Source of the DNA: Octopus vulgaris | Taxonomy: Eukaryota | Length of the DNA stretch: 124,000 bases | Assembly (NCBI GenBank): GCA_951406725.2 | Contig: OX597826.1 | Coordinates: 60,160,001-60,284,000, forward strand | Direction of reading: 5' to 3' | In this document: positions 62,301 to 77,809 of the stretch, one piece after another | Layout: each line of letters starts with the position of its first letter | Numbering within the stretch: position 1 is the first letter of the stretch | Made by a program: the position numbers and the translations under genes | The notes under the pieces: generated by a model | Told to the model about the DNA's origin: nothing | The model's database searches: none | The model's input: only the letters and a program-made list of their open reading frames with translations

Positions 62301-63656
62301 ATACACACACACACATATATATGTATGTATATACACATATATATGGAGGTGTGTATGGATATGTACACACACACACGCACATATAAATAACGCATATATT
62401 ATATATGTATGTGTGCGTGTGCACATATATAAATTATATCTTTTGTATGTATGAATGTATGTATGTATGTATGTTTGCACGTATGTATACATGTATGTTT
62501 GGTTACATGACTGCATATAGGTATATGTGTATGATTGTAACCTGACATACTTATGGACCACTGCACTGAAATATTAAAGTGTTTAAACCTATAGACGCAA
62601 TCATAAAGCTAACAAATATGAACTATCTTACATATAATCATACACCCACACACCCAGGTATACATATCACACATATACGTACAGCTGTGTGTCTGAGTCT
62701 GTGTATTATGTGAGCATATGTATTATGTATGTCTGTATCTCCGTGTGTTTCTTGGCGAGGAATATCTTGGAAATTGAAAACAGTTTCTTTCACTTTCATT
62801 TTTATTGTAGCCAAAAAAAAAAAAGAAATAATAAATAACAAAAGAAAATAAATACAGGAAATGAAGTGTTTTATTATCGAACAGATATAACATAGAATAG
62901 AAAAATAAGAAAATTTACACAGACGAATGAATAAAATTATAAAAGAATGAAAAGTATAACGGAATGAATGAATATATGAAGTAAAACTGTAAATATAAAA
63001 TCTTTAAGTCTTTTACGAAATTAAAATAAGGATGTATGAAGTGTCCAGTTTGATGATGCTTGGAACACTTTAGAAGCAGTTTAATACACTGGTAGAATCC
63101 ATCTTGAAGTACTAATTAAGACTATCGTGGCGATGGGAAGAAATAGAGAATAAATAAATGAAAAAAAATTGCGATTTTAATTCAGGTTTTTAATTAAATG
63201 CGAACAAATATGATGATTATAGGAGTGGAGAGGAATAATAGTGAAGATGATAAAAATAATAATAATAATAATGATAATAATGATAATAATAATAATTATA
63301 AGAAGAAGAAGAAGTGGAGAAGAAGAAGAAGAAGAAGAAGAATTAGAAGAAGAAGAATTAGAAGAAGAATGACAACAACAACAAAAACAACAAGGAGAAG
63401 AAGAAGATGAAGAAAGTGAAGGAAAAGAAGAAGAAGAAGTAGAAGATGTAGAAGACGAAGAAGAAGTAAAAGATGAAGAAGAAGAAGTAAAAGATGAAGA
63501 AGAAGAAGAAGAAGAAGAAGAAGAAGAAGAAGAAGAACAAGAAGAAGATGAGCAAGAAGGAGAAATAGGAGGCAAGAACAGAAAACAAGATGAGGAATAT
63601 AACAAATAAAATTGTTTTTGTTGATGTTGATGTTATTATTATTATTATTATAATTA

Positions 63657-63730
<74 letters not shown>

Positions 63731-64628
63731 AATAATAATAATAATATTACTGAAGCAACAGCAATGGTACTATTAATTTTATAGAAAATTCAACGTCAGA
63801 AATTGAAGTAGGAAGGTGTATTATTACTAGTAGCTGCGTCAAATTGTATATATCTGTTGAGCATGTGGCTACTATATACATGTGAGTCATTGCGCATGAA
63901 TATAAGAATAACATATGTGGTTAATATTTTCACCACGCAACCTGGGGACCTTGGGTTCTATTTCAATATTCGCACTTCGATCAAGCATTCCTACCGTAGT
64001 CCTTATTTACCTTTCATTCCATATTTTGGTGTTCCTTAATGAACCGACGTGGCTCAGTTCGAACTATCTAAAAACGCGCGTAGGATCTTTAATATAAACT
64101 TGATTTCATCCATGTTTCTCCCACATTTGCTCAGTAGCTGGTAATTGGTAATACTACACAATATAATGTGTAATATAATGGTTTATTAACAACTATGCAG
64201 AAAGCAGCTGGGAGTAAGAAATATATATATATATATATTTCTAGCATATGGGTGTCCAGATAGTGGTTTCCCTATTATATAAAAAATACAAAATGGGACA
64301 AGAACGCAAAACATCCAAACAGTTAGGTGACACAAAAAAGCGCGAAACAAAACATTCAGATAGAAGATACAAAGAAAATAAGGATGGGTCATTCGGAGTT
64401 TTCTTTCCTCAGTCGAGTTCCAGATTTATCTTTGCAATTTCGGCTGGTTTTGCCCTATGTGGCAAGGCCAACACTTTGTATTACAGGTATCATACATTTT
64501 TACCAGCTTATTGAACAGGAGCAAAATGAAACAACTTGCCTTGCTCAACGGAATTGAACTCCCGACCTTACTTTCGGAAACTGAATATCGTAACCACTTA
64601 CCCAAGTATGCATGTTAATACATACATA

Positions 64629-64693
<65 letters not shown>

Positions 64694-65991
64694 ATGCCAC
64701 TCTCTCTCTATTTCTGTTGACACACACACACGCATATATATACATATATATATAGAGAGAGAGAGAGACAGAAAGAGAGATAGATAGATAGATAGAGATA
64801 TATAGATATAAATATGAAGTTATATATTAGGACCAGAAAATATATGATATTTTAGGACTTTCTATAGAGAACAAAATCTTTTCAGAATCATAATAAGGGG
64901 AAGGAGGATGGGTATATTCGTGGTAGACATTGTGAGAATAACACGTGACGGAAAACTGAAACCAGCAAAAATCACAAGAGGAATCTCGTTTTTCGATACA
65001 TAAAGGGGATACTAATTAAATTGAAGAACAGAATAGCTTTTTAGACATTTCAGGACGTCATACTAAGTTCTAATGGGCTGGATGCGCGTAAAATGTACGT
65101 GTCTAAGCATGGATGTATAAATACATACATACATACATACATACACACACATATATATGCACACACACGCACACACACACACCCATATATATACACGCAT
65201 ATATAAATTTATATATGTACGGATATATCCATATACAAGTTTGTGTATATGGATATGAGTATATCTACATGATGTATGTAAATACATATATAATACATGT
65301 ATAACTTTATATACATACTCAAGCGTGCACATATATATACGTATGTATGTATGTATTTATATATATACGTATGTATGTATGTATTTATATATGTATGTAC
65401 GTACGTATGTATGTATGTATGTATGTATGTATGTATGTATGTATGTATGTATAAGCCATACACGTTCACACAAGTCCAATTTCATGCAAGCATTATGAGT
65501 TTCGTGTAAATGTAACTGTTCCACTGTCACCGATAAGTATTCAATTGTTCCAACAGCTGAACTGATTTTTCATTCAATTATTGTGCAGGTGGCCGAATGT
65601 TTCATAGACACGTTCGAATTTGTTATAACTGCGAAAAACAAAAAAATATCAACTCAACAAAGTGTGTAACAATATAAGATCTGTAAATGACAGTAACAGT
65701 ATTCAAAGGCCTAAAACTTGGTGGATCAAATCATGGTAGACGACGTTTGTCCAATGTTCCGGGCAGTCGATCTGAAATCGGAACCTCTTGATTATAGGCC
65801 TGCGTTCACATAAATGTTGTTACATACACGGTATTCAAAAAATGACTGGTTATATGGAACCCCCGACTATTATGCATCCGAAATCCTTTTTTAACTTATT
65901 ATACTAGTTCGTATTATTTGTAATCAAATCTATTTTGCTTTCCTCCTGTTATAAATAGGTATATGTGTGTATGTATGTATATTATCTATCC

Positions 65992-66119
<128 letters not shown>

Positions 66120-67249
66120 CTATATATACATATATATATATCGAAATAGTTTGATTCAAATTAGTTGGTACTCTTGAGTTTCAACGGATACCAACACATT
66201 TGAATCAAACTGTTTCGATCCATACACGTAATTCCGAATAAGTTAGTTGAGTGCTCTTTTTTTTGTTTTCCCGCACACTCGTATATATATGTATATTTAT
66301 ACTTTGGTACTCTAGGCACAAGACCCGAAGTTTTGGGAGAGTTGGCGAGCCAATTACATCAACTGGTACTTTATTAATTCACCCCGAAAAGATGAAAGAC
66401 AAAGTCGACCTCGGCGAAATTTCAACTCAGACAGACGAAATTTCGCCCGGCCTGTTAACGTTTGAGTGTGTGTGTGTGTGTGTGTGTGTGTATACATAAT
66501 AAAATGAATCGTTTATACATGGTAATTTACTTGTAATGTGCGATCGTTTTTTAGGTGTTCGCTACGTTTATGGTAAATGATAGACTGAAGAAACGAGAAT
66601 TCTTATTAATCCCGACAATAGTTTCGACACATCTAGATTCGATCCCACACGGGTGAGATGTTTAACAATTGGTTCAGGAGCATCAAGCAGTGTAGATATG
66701 TCTCTTCGGATGATAAACTTGTTAAAATAAGAGTTCTGCAGTGTATCCTCTCATTTCGTGTAAAGAAATGCAGCAAATTAAAAAAATATATCTTCATTGG
66801 TATGCAAAGATGCAAAGAAGAAACGAACACACGGGTCAGCGAGAAAAGTACCAAAGATAACCGATGACGGATATAGATGTATAAATTCCCTCGTGCAAGC
66901 TGCATGGCGCATGTACATTCGCCCATAAAAACATCCAAGAAGAAGTAAGCATATGCACACGTGTGACTTGGTTCACACACGTTCACACACCGAGTTAAAT
67001 AGCTACTTGGTGTTTATAAGGATGGGTATGAAGATACATTCCAGACCTGTTATTTTTACGAGACAAATCTATTTTATTTCATAATATTTGCCATAAGGCA
67101 ATACATAGATGGGACGGACAAGGACAGACAAACATAAAATGGGTGAAGTAGCTGTCAACGATTAAAATTTAACAATGATTATCATGCAGATAAGATTAAA
67201 ATTGAATACATTGCTAAAAGCAATGTTTAACACGAAGGAAAGACATCCT

Positions 67250-67700
67250 ACACCAGAGTAGAACCTTTGCATTATTTCCGTGGCTCCGCTCACTTGGTGC
67301 CAATTCCTCCTAGCTTTCTCTCCACAAGCTTCCATCTTTCTCTGAATTTTTCACCTGACGGGTACCTCTTCTCCAGTCTGATCTTACTGCTGAGGTGGTA
67401 ACTAAAAAAGTTGACCAAAAGTTGATACAAAGGTACCCGTCACAATCCCTTTCAACCGCGTCTTCCATACTGTTTTTTCATCATGGCCACCACGCAGAAA
67501 AAAACAGGCTTTCCTCTCCCCGCTAAGGGAAGGAGGTGGCACAATCACGATGATGGACTCAGCTGAGAGTTGTACTCTTCCCATCGATGACAACAGTTGT
67601 TCTTTAAAAACTATGAGTCTCAATAATTCTGGACATTCCACGAATGCGTGCAAGACGGTTTCTCTATCACGAGTTATATCTATTTATCGACCGAAGAGAC
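67250..67700 (-). pseudogene. Tx1/L1-like ORF2 C-terminal remnant
   Basis: RETVLHAFVECP zinc-knuckle-like motif followed by a decayed C-terminus. Confidence 0.6.
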
Positions 67701-69049
67701 ACATCTGCACCGTCGGATTCTCCTGAACCATTTGTTAAGTATCCCACCAGTGAGGGATCGATACTGGATGTGTCGAAACGACTGTCGTGATTAATAACAA
67801 TTCTCGCTTCTTCTATCTTTCGTCTTTCATTCACCATATACTATATATATGAGTGTGAGTGTGTGTCTGTGTGTGTGTATGTGTGTGTGCACAATATGGA
67901 GCACACATACACAAGGTATATGTTTCGTCAGATCATGGGCAGGGAGAGGCAACGAACGTAAGAAAATATATTCTCATCAATTCACTTGGTGTTATATACA
68001 TATAATCAAAGGTGTTGGAAATGCACTGGGATATGTTAAGATTTTTAATTCTAAGTTTTTAAAGATGTAAGTGGTTTCTCTGATTTTCAAAATTTTAGAC
68101 AGAAAGACGTGGAGCTGTACTGCAGACACACGCACGTTTAAACACACGCACACACATGAACACACACACACCCGCACACACACACAAACACATACTTCAT
68201 AGATTTAAAACATATCCGTTCGCGATTTTATGTTCTTTCTCTCTCGTTTTAATTTTTCTTTTTACACTTTTTGTGAAGATTAAAAGACAGAGCTACGTGA
68301 AAAGCACCACATATTTGTCTACTCCCTACTGAGGAACTTTTGTGGAATTTTTCAGAGTTTCCCTTAGAAATATCTATTTCTCTTTGCAACCAATTATATA
68401 TTGCCATGGCTCTTTTATTGCTAGCCATGCAGAGTCAATTATGATGTAAAGAAATTCCGTGTTAGATTCGAGTCTATTTATTTGATGTTTACATAAACTA
68501 TTCTACATAGTAAGATAAATAAAGAGGATATAGACTACACACATTGATTCGTTTTGTTTTGTTTCTTACTAACTATAAATTCCTACCATTTGCACTGAAG
68601 AAAGAATTGTGAACTGTGTAACCCTTACTTATTTCAAATGTGTTACTCTAACCTAAGATTGTTTCAAATTTAAGATGCATCGTTCTTTCGTCGCACCAAG
68701 AACTTAACTCTCGTTCTGAAATTCTTTCGAAAAGTTGTTTTTATACATTAAAATATATTTTCATCTTGATCGTGAACTCTACAGCATTTCTTGTATGTTC
68801 TGGTAATTTAATCTCGTTTCAAGATTCCTATACGGACTCGATGAGGACTAATCCCCTTGTTTACCTCATATCTCGGATCCCATTTCCCGCTTTGGCATTT
68901 TCGTTAACTGCTTTGTAACATAGACTTGCATCGAATGAAACCTTTGGATTTATATACTGAAGTTTAAAAACGTAAACAGTTTTGACTTACACATATGTAT
69001 AGGGATACACGTACATATAGGCGTACATACATACCTATATATATATATA

Positions 69050-69774
69050 TATTCTTCTTTTTCCTATTGTCGTTTCTTCCTACTCTGGTTGTTATAGATC
69101 GCTAGCCACTATACATTCTTTATTTTCTCTCCTTGCTTCTTTCTGTGGAAGAGCGTAGGCTCGAAACATTAAAGACTTTTTCATTTCCCGAGCGCTAAAC
69201 TAATACATCTGTTTGCTGTCTACACCAGCTCTCTTCGTATTTTGATATTTTAAATGAATTCTCCCCGTATATTACACGCTCACGTGTTCGCGCCAGTTGA
69301 TCCTGTCTCCTCTCATTACTCAACGAAATATTACATCTTCTACACTGGGCTATTCTACCTGGATTCCCTACCTGGACTTTCTACTCTCATACACTTCAGC
69401 TATACCTCTCCTGCCCATGGATTACACTAGACTCTCTGTTGATGAAAAATCGCTCCAATACACCACAACGTTCGAAGCTTTTGAATCTTTTGAACTTTAC
69501 TTAACTTTTTTGTACTTTCTAAACTTTTTTTGCACCTTCTGCTTTTTCCTATAGTCGTTTCGTCCTACTGTGTTTATTATAGATCGCTAGCCACTACGCG
69601 TTCTTTATTTTCTCTTCTTGTTTCTTTCTATGTTCCTTTGTGTGGAAGAGCGTAGGCTCGAACATTAAGGACTTCTCTTTTCCCGAGCGTTAAACTAATA
69701 CATATGAGTGATATCTATACCACGTGTCTTCGTCCTTTGTTGTTTTTTTTTGTGAATTTTCCCTATATATATAC

Positions 69775-69780
<6 letters not shown>
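69050..69780 (+). mobile_element. PLE 3' fragment with tandem pseudo-LTR-like units
   Basis: Two related hammerhead-bearing units (69050-69280, 69545-69770) flank ~260 bp containing an FSYTSPAHGL stub resembling a PLE endonuclease C-terminus; homologous to 79140-79630. Confidence 0.55.
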
Positions 69781-69825
<45 letters not shown>

Positions 69826-69862
69826 TAGACAGATAGATAGATAGACAGATATATAGATAGAT

Positions 69863-69920
<58 letters not shown>

Positions 69921-69929
69921 TATGTCACC

Positions 69930-70120
69930 ATGATAGATCGTTAGCCACTACACACATTTTTTTCTCTCCTTGTTTCTTCTGTGTCCCTTTCTGTAGAAGA
70001 GCATAGGCTCGAAACGTAAAATACTTTTTCTATTCCTGAGCGTTATACTAATACATCTGTTTGCTTTATACACCGCCTGTCTTCGTTTTTTGTTGTTTTT
70101 TTTCGTAAACTCTCCCTATA
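69930..70120 (+). mobile_element. Short PLE-derived element with hammerhead-like motif (69987-70022)
   Basis: Close to the 42635-42825 copy. Confidence 0.65.
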
Positions 70121-70699
70121 TATATATATATATATATAGATTGCAGAGCATGCATCTATCAATGCAAAAAACTTCATAGCATGATAAATATGTCGAAGCA
70201 ACAAACACGTAGTAGTATAGACGTTGCTGGATAAGACGGAACACGTTTCTTTGATACTTTTATGTCTCACAAACTATCTTTTACTAACGCACTCTATCAT
70301 TATTGCACACATTTCGTAATATTTTTCTACTTTGGTACAAGATAAAACTTTCATTTTCACAGTTATTTTGTAGCTTGCTTGTAGAAAAATTATGTAGTAA
70401 ATATTAGTGCTTAACTTTGAGCAATGTTATTAACTGAGATGCATGAACAGAACAAAGTGAAATGAAACAAAACTGCAAAGGTAAATAAAATCTACGCCGT
70501 ATTTATTCAGTTTATTAGTATTTCTTTTTTTTCTCAACGTTCCATATGATTTGTGCAAAGTAGCCAGAAGGGAAGTGAGGGATGTTTCAGTAATCAGTCT
70601 CAAGGATGAAACGTTGGAAATGGACTCTTAACATTTTTTATTATAATCTTAAGATAATGATATACTGATTAGTGTAACGTAGGAAGAAACATCGTAGCA

Positions 70700-70777
70700 G
70701 AAGCAACAGACTTAACAACGACAGCAGCAGCGACAGCAACAGCAGCAGCAGTAGCAGCAGTAGCAGCAGCAGTAGTG

Positions 70778-70824
<47 letters not shown>

Positions 70825-71155
70825 GGTGGTGGTGGTGGTGGTGGTGGTGGTGGTGGTGGCGGTGGTGCTAGTGGTGGTGCTAGTGGTGCTAGTGGTGGTG
70901 GTGGTGGTGGTGGTGCTAGTGGTGGTGATGGTGCTAGTGGTGGTGATGATGGTGGTGGTGGATTTGGTGGTGGTGGTGCTAGTGGTGGTGTGATGGTGGT
71001 GGTGGTGGATTTGGTGGTGGTGGTGGCTATGGTGGTGGTGGTGGTGGTGATGGTGGTGATGATGGCGGTGATAGTGGTGGTGGTGGTAGTAGTAGTAGTA
71101 GTGGAAGCAGCAGCAGCAGCAGCAGCAGTGGTAGTAGTAGTAGTAGTAGTAGTGT
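70700..71155. repeat. Compound (GCA)/(GTA)/(GTG) trinucleotide repeat
   Basis: Read directly; explains the poly-Pro and poly-Val ORFs. Confidence 0.9.
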
Positions 71156-71659
71156 TTTTGTCAATATCATCTTTCATCAAGTTCATCTATGATGGAATGT
71201 ATACCAGTGAAGAAACTGATGTGTTATTGATACGTAACGTATCTAGGATTACTCTTCAATGTACACACCCTACTTTTAAGATCTCAAAAATGTGATTTAG
71301 GAGAAAAGTTGATGCTTAGGCTTACAGGTTTATGCGGCTGATAAAAATTAGTATGGCGAGGGAAATGTTAATAATTAACCCCGATTATGCAATCGAATTT
71401 ATTTTTACATTAGCAACTCGTTATTTATTCACTTCAGGCTTATACATTTAATTACCAGAATGAATTAAACTTACTTCAGATTCTTAGATTAAAACTGAGC
71501 GCATCAGCCAATTTTAGAGTAAGACGCTTTGGTCAGTTTCGATGTCTATGACAAGATATGAGTCGGTGTCACTTCCGACTCTTCTTTGACTCGTATTTTC
71601 CTCCTTATTCTTTTCCATTTTTCCATATCTTTCATTCTATTTAAATGTTTGTTTTAGTT

Positions 71660-71881
71660 ATACTCTTACTCACTTTTACTTGTTTCAGTCATTTGACTGC
71701 GGCCATGCTGGAGCACCGCCTTTAGTCGAGCAAATCGACTCCGGGACTTATTCTTTGTAAGCCCCGGGACTTATTCTATCGGTCTCTTTTGCCGAACCGC
71801 TAAGTGACGGGGACGTAAACACACCAGCATCGGTTGTCAAACACAGACACACATACAGCGGGGACAAACACAGACACACAA

Positions 71882-71912
<31 letters not shown>

Positions 71913-73219
71913 CACACATATATACGACAGGCTTCTTTCAATTTCCGTCTACGAAATCCACTCAGAAGGCATTGGTCGGCCCGGGGCTATAGCAGAAGAC
72001 ACTTGCCCAAGATGCCACGCAGTGGGACTGAACCCAGACCATGTGGTTGGTTAGCAAGCTACTTACCACACAGCCACTCCTGCGCCTATTATCTTAATTT
72101 CTGTTTGTTTGTTTGTTTTTTATTTTCATCATTTTTTATTCATTTAAAGTCTACGGGATACTCAACCAAATTTATTTAGAAAACAACTCTATTTCAGTAT
72201 GCAAATCTTTATGGTTTCCTAATATTACACTTCATACATTTTTCTGATTTTTTATTCTCTTGATCTTTTAATCATATTGGATCAAATATTGTTCTTCCTC
72301 TGAATTTTATTGACCAGCTGTCATCGCTTGTTAAAAAGAAGTCATATATGGTAACCTGCAGTATTGTGTTAACATTAAATGTTTACAATATATGAGACTG
72401 ACTGCTATCTTTAGTGAGGCCATAGGCCTCACTAAAGATAGTCAGTTTTAACTTATCATGAAGCGTTTGGAAGACAATATGTTGAATTAAAGCACACTTA
72501 CATACTCTTTTTACTCTTTACTCTTTTACTTGTTTCAGTCATTCGACTGCGGCCATGCTGGAGCACCGCCTTTAGTCGAGCAAATCGACCCCGGGACTTA
72601 TTTTTTGTAAGCCAAGTACTTATTCTATCGGTCTCTTTTGCCGAACCGCTAAGTGACGGGGACGTAAACACACCAGCATCGGTTGTCAAGCAATGCTAGG
72701 GGGACAAACACAGACACACAGAGACATGTGGTTGGTTAGCAAGCTATTTACCACACAGCCACTTATATATATATATATACATATATACGACAGGCTTCTT
72801 TCAGTTTCCGTCTACCAAACCCACTCACAAGGCATTGGTCGGCTCGGGGCTATAGCAGAAGACACTTGCCCAAGATGCCACGCAGTGGGACTGAACCCGG
72901 AACCATGTGGTTGGTTAGCAAGCTACTTACCACACAGCCACTCCTGCGCCATATATATTTTTTATTACTCTGTTATTGTTTTAAATGTTTCAGTCATTTG
73001 ACTGCAGCTATGGTGGATCACCGCCTTTTAGTCGAAGAAATCCACCCCAAGACTTATTTTTTGTAAGCTCGGTACTTGTTCTATCGGTCTCTTTTCCCGA
73101 ACCGCTAAGTTACGAGGATGCAAACACACTAACATCGGTTGTCAAGCGATGGGTGAGGGAGAAGAAACGTAGACAGAAAGACATACGTAAATACACACAC
73201 ATATACGCACGCACACACA

Positions 73220-73302
<83 letters not shown>

Positions 73303-73441
73303 GACGAGCTTCTCAGTTTCCGTCTACCAAATTCATTGACAAGGCTTTGGTCGCCCCGACGCTATGGTAGAAGACACTTGTCCCCTGAACCACAGAACCA
73401 TGTGGTTGGGAAGCAAGCTTCTTACCACACAGCTAACCCTA
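71660..73441 (-). mobile_element. Three co-oriented SINE family B copies (71660-72088, 72506-72950, 72983-73441)
   Basis: Each matches the consensus. Confidence 0.85.
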
Positions 73442-73506
<65 letters not shown>

Positions 73507-73769
73507 ATGACAGACAGACATACAGAGACAGAGAAAGAGAGCGGGAGGGAAAGAGAAGGAGAGAACAGCGTAAAAGGTAGGAATTGAAATCATTTCAATT
73601 TCATAACAACCGGTTATGAGGTAAGTACGAATGTAGCATAGGAAAAATGCGTAGGTGTACGATAAAAGGAGGTGAGAGGCATCCTAAGTTTCAGTCAACG
73701 GCTTGTTGACTTCCCTTGTTTTAACCCTGTGGTGGTTCTTTTTCTCATTCAATACCATAGATCATCATT

Positions 73770-74155
73770 GTGGAGGCGCAATGGCACAGTGGTTAGGGCA
73801 GCGGACTCGCGGTCGTAGGATCGCGGTTTCGATTTCCAGACCGGGCGTTGTGAGTGTTTATTGAGCGAAAACACCTAAAAGCTCCACGAGGCTCCGGCAG
73901 GGGATGGTGGTGATCCCTGCTGCACTCTTTCACCACAACTTTCTCTCACTCTTTCTCCCTGTTTCTGTTGTACCTGTATTTCAAAGGGCCGGCCATGTCA
74001 CTCTCTGTGTCACGCTGAATATCCCCGAGAACTACGTTAAGGGTACACGTGTCTGTGGAGTGCTCAGTCACTTACACGTTAATTTCACGAGCAGGCTGTT
74101 CCGTTGGTCGGATCAACCGGAACCCTCATCGTCGTAACCGACGGAGTGCTTCCAC
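73770..74155 (+). mobile_element. SINE family C variant
   Basis: GTGGAGGCGCAATGGCACAGTGGTTAGGGCAGCGGACTCG head. Confidence 0.8.
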
Positions 74156-75623
74156 CATAGATCATAGATCTGCTGCTTATAAAACTGTCATCAATGAGGA
74201 GAGCGCCGTAAAGGAAATCCTAAGTTTTTATTAATGATCTTAACTGCTTCTTGTTAATTAAATAACACTTATAAACATATAACACAACATAAATTAGAAG
74301 TATGAAAATTACTTTAAATATCAAACATTTAGGAATTTGCACAAAACGGTATGAACATTGTGATTCGCTCAATTGATATTTAGTGTTCTTTTCGTTAGAT
74401 TCCTTCCTCCACGCTACGATAAACATGAACAGCTGGCCAAACACAATTAGTCACACGTTATTTGCATTTGTCATGTGAAATCATGTGTTAGTGTGTTAAT
74501 TATATCTGGCGTATTATTGTATACACAATAATTATAGTTTCCGAAGTCAACTACCATAGCAAAATCCCATAAATAGTACATTACCGCAACACCCTGCAAC
74601 CAGCTTCTTTTTTTTTAAAGATATGAAACTGGCCATGCCATTCAGCGACGTATTTTCGTTGAAGGCTTCGTATAAATAACTTCTGAAAAGATTGCAGGTG
74701 TTATTGGAATGACAATGATTGTGTAACAGAGAATAACTGCCATACAATATATATCGTAGAATATTAATCATTACATTTTAGAGAGAGAGAGAGAATCGAC
74801 TTTAAATATCTTCACTGATAGTTCTGGAAGCTTAGACGCAGAAGAAGTAACGAGGCACCAATAAAAGGAAGTATTATTTTAAAAACATATAAACATATAA
74901 TAAGCCATCCATAAATTGCACCAAGCGGTTCAGCTTCTACATCGCTGTGTAAAGTAATGTATAATGGCAGCAGATATTAATTTATATAGAAGGAATGAAA
75001 CATTTGGAACATGCTGAAACGTTTTATCACAAATAAGTAAATGTCTTTTATATTCAATTGCAGCGCAAACAAAATGTGTTATCTCTCTTAAATCTATTAA
75101 ATAAATCTACGGAGGAACAGAATAAGACAAAGGAGATATTTCTCACTAAGAACGTGTAACTATAAAATTATAGTTTTCTCTTTTTCCACTCTTTGCTCAA
75201 TCGTAGATCTAATTTTCGATGTTTCCTTACAATCCATATCAACTGGTTCTACACGGATTACGCTGAAAACAACTTGACTATAATTACCAGTTCCGCCTAG
75301 GATCATGTAGTAATGTGTCAAAAATGAATTACAAATTGTACATTAAAATTACGGATAAACTTACTTCCGTAACGTACACAAGTGGAGTTATATGTGGAAT
75401 CATGAGTATGAGACGGCATTCTGAAAGACAAGAAACATTCCATGTGTAAGGCCTTTGTAAAATATCTAAATGAATAACAAACATACGGCCATAAATAGAA
75501 AATAACTATATTGAATATCAGATAATGAAATCTCTTTAGGACACTAAAATAGGTATTTCTAAACCTAACATTCGATTTTAATGTGTTATATATATTTTAG
75601 TATCTATCTTTCTATCTATATAT

Positions 75624-75722
<99 letters not shown>

Positions 75723-75813
75723 ACTATCTACATATCTATCAATCAATCAATCAATCTATCTATCTATCTATGAATCTATCTATATATATGTATGTATATA
75801 TATATTTATATAG

Positions 75814-75846
<33 letters not shown>

Positions 75847-75848
75847 TA

Positions 75849-75903
<55 letters not shown>

Positions 75904-76263
75904 GAGTGTGCGCGCGAGAGTGTGCCTGCGTTTGTCCCCCTACCATCGCTCCCCAACTGATGTTGATGTATCTACGTCCCCTTAACTTAGCGGTTCGGCA
76001 AAATTAACCGATTGGATAAGTACTAGGCTTACAAAGAATGAGTTCTGGGGTCGATGTATACTCTTTTACTCTTTCATTTGTTTTAGTCATTTGACTGCGG
76101 CTCTACTGGAGCACAGCCATTAGTCAAAGAACTCATTCTTTGTAAGCCTTGTCCTTATATAAGTGTGCTTGTGCGTGTATGTAAATGCATTTATATATGT
76201 ATATATTAAGACACTCACACATACACACAACTATATATAAACGTATCTATATGTATTCATGTG

Positions 76264-76302
<39 letters not shown>

Positions 76303-76683
76303 CCACACACACATAATAACACGCACGCACACACACACACACACACACATGGTTTTACATTTGTGTTGCACGCGCGTTTATGTGTGTAAGTGTAAGACAT
76401 AATGTGTGACGGTCCTTTTGGATGCAAGTATGGAAGCCTTTTCATTATACGCTAAGATACCTTTGTTTTAACATGGCCAATATCTCATACCACGGTCCAC
76501 GTAATTGGACAAAGCCGCCATCTTCAATCACCTTCCACGCCAGTTAATTAATCTATAGACACCATCAAGACATGTCTGTACACTTGTATACTATCCTCAA
76601 CGCATTCGGAAGTACATGCATCACTTACCGCAGCGATCATTTTCGGAGACAACAGCTTCACACTATGATCTGAGTACATGTAC

Positions 76684-76722
<39 letters not shown>

Positions 76723-76808
76723 TGTGTGTGTGCATAATATTTATATATATATGTATATATATACTATATATATATATACATACGTATATATATATAGGTA
76801 TATATATG

Positions 76809-76870
<62 letters not shown>

Positions 76871-76957
76871 AGAGAGAGAGAGCGAAAGGATAGATAGATA
76901 GATAGATATATATATAGATAGATAGATACATATATATATATATATATATACGTATAT

Positions 76958-77018
<61 letters not shown>

Positions 77019-77809
77019 CAGACAGATAAATAGGTTGACAGACAGACTGATTAATTCATAGATAGATATATAGAGATACATATACATACATATACATATA
77101 TATGCATGTGCGTGTGTGTGTGTGCATGTATCTATCTATCTATCACACTCTCTCTCTCTATATATATATATATTGATATATATATGCATATATATGCCTA
77201 TATAGTTATATATTATACTTGATTTTACTTGTTGCTTTAGTATATTCTTGAATGATTCATATTTTCATATTTGCATGCAGGAGCTACTGACCCAACCCAC
77301 ACACCAATTAAGCTCACACAGTCACCTTCACTTCACCATCTACATAAACACATTGCCAAACATATTCACACACACGCACACATACACACACACCTATATC
77401 CAGCTATGCATCTGCGTATCGACTCATTTGAATCTACTAACGATCTGCTCTTCTCTTATCATTTTCATCATTTTTATGCATCTCTATGCCATTCTGCTGA
77501 CACTTACAAGCAAAGCAATGTGCTTAATGATGAAGTCAACAGCTATAGATGTGAGTTTCAATTATTTTGTGCAACACTATATTGCCTGTTGGGATTATTA
77601 CAGCGACCTGTTCATATTTCAGTTAAAATAATTGGATAATGGATTTCAGAGGAAATTCGTGAAGTGTTCATTAATGGAATCATGAATCACCAGCGTATTA
77701 AATATGCGTTGAAATATGGTGCTTGTTCACATATGCATATGAGTGTTTATATATGTGAATGCTATACATATGTCTATTTGTTTTCAAAAAAATAAAAAAT
77801 GATCTAACG

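Noticed and set aside
70641-71186. 181-aa poly-Thr/poly-Pro ORF
   Set aside because: Compound trinucleotide repeat; no unique coding context or splice signals.
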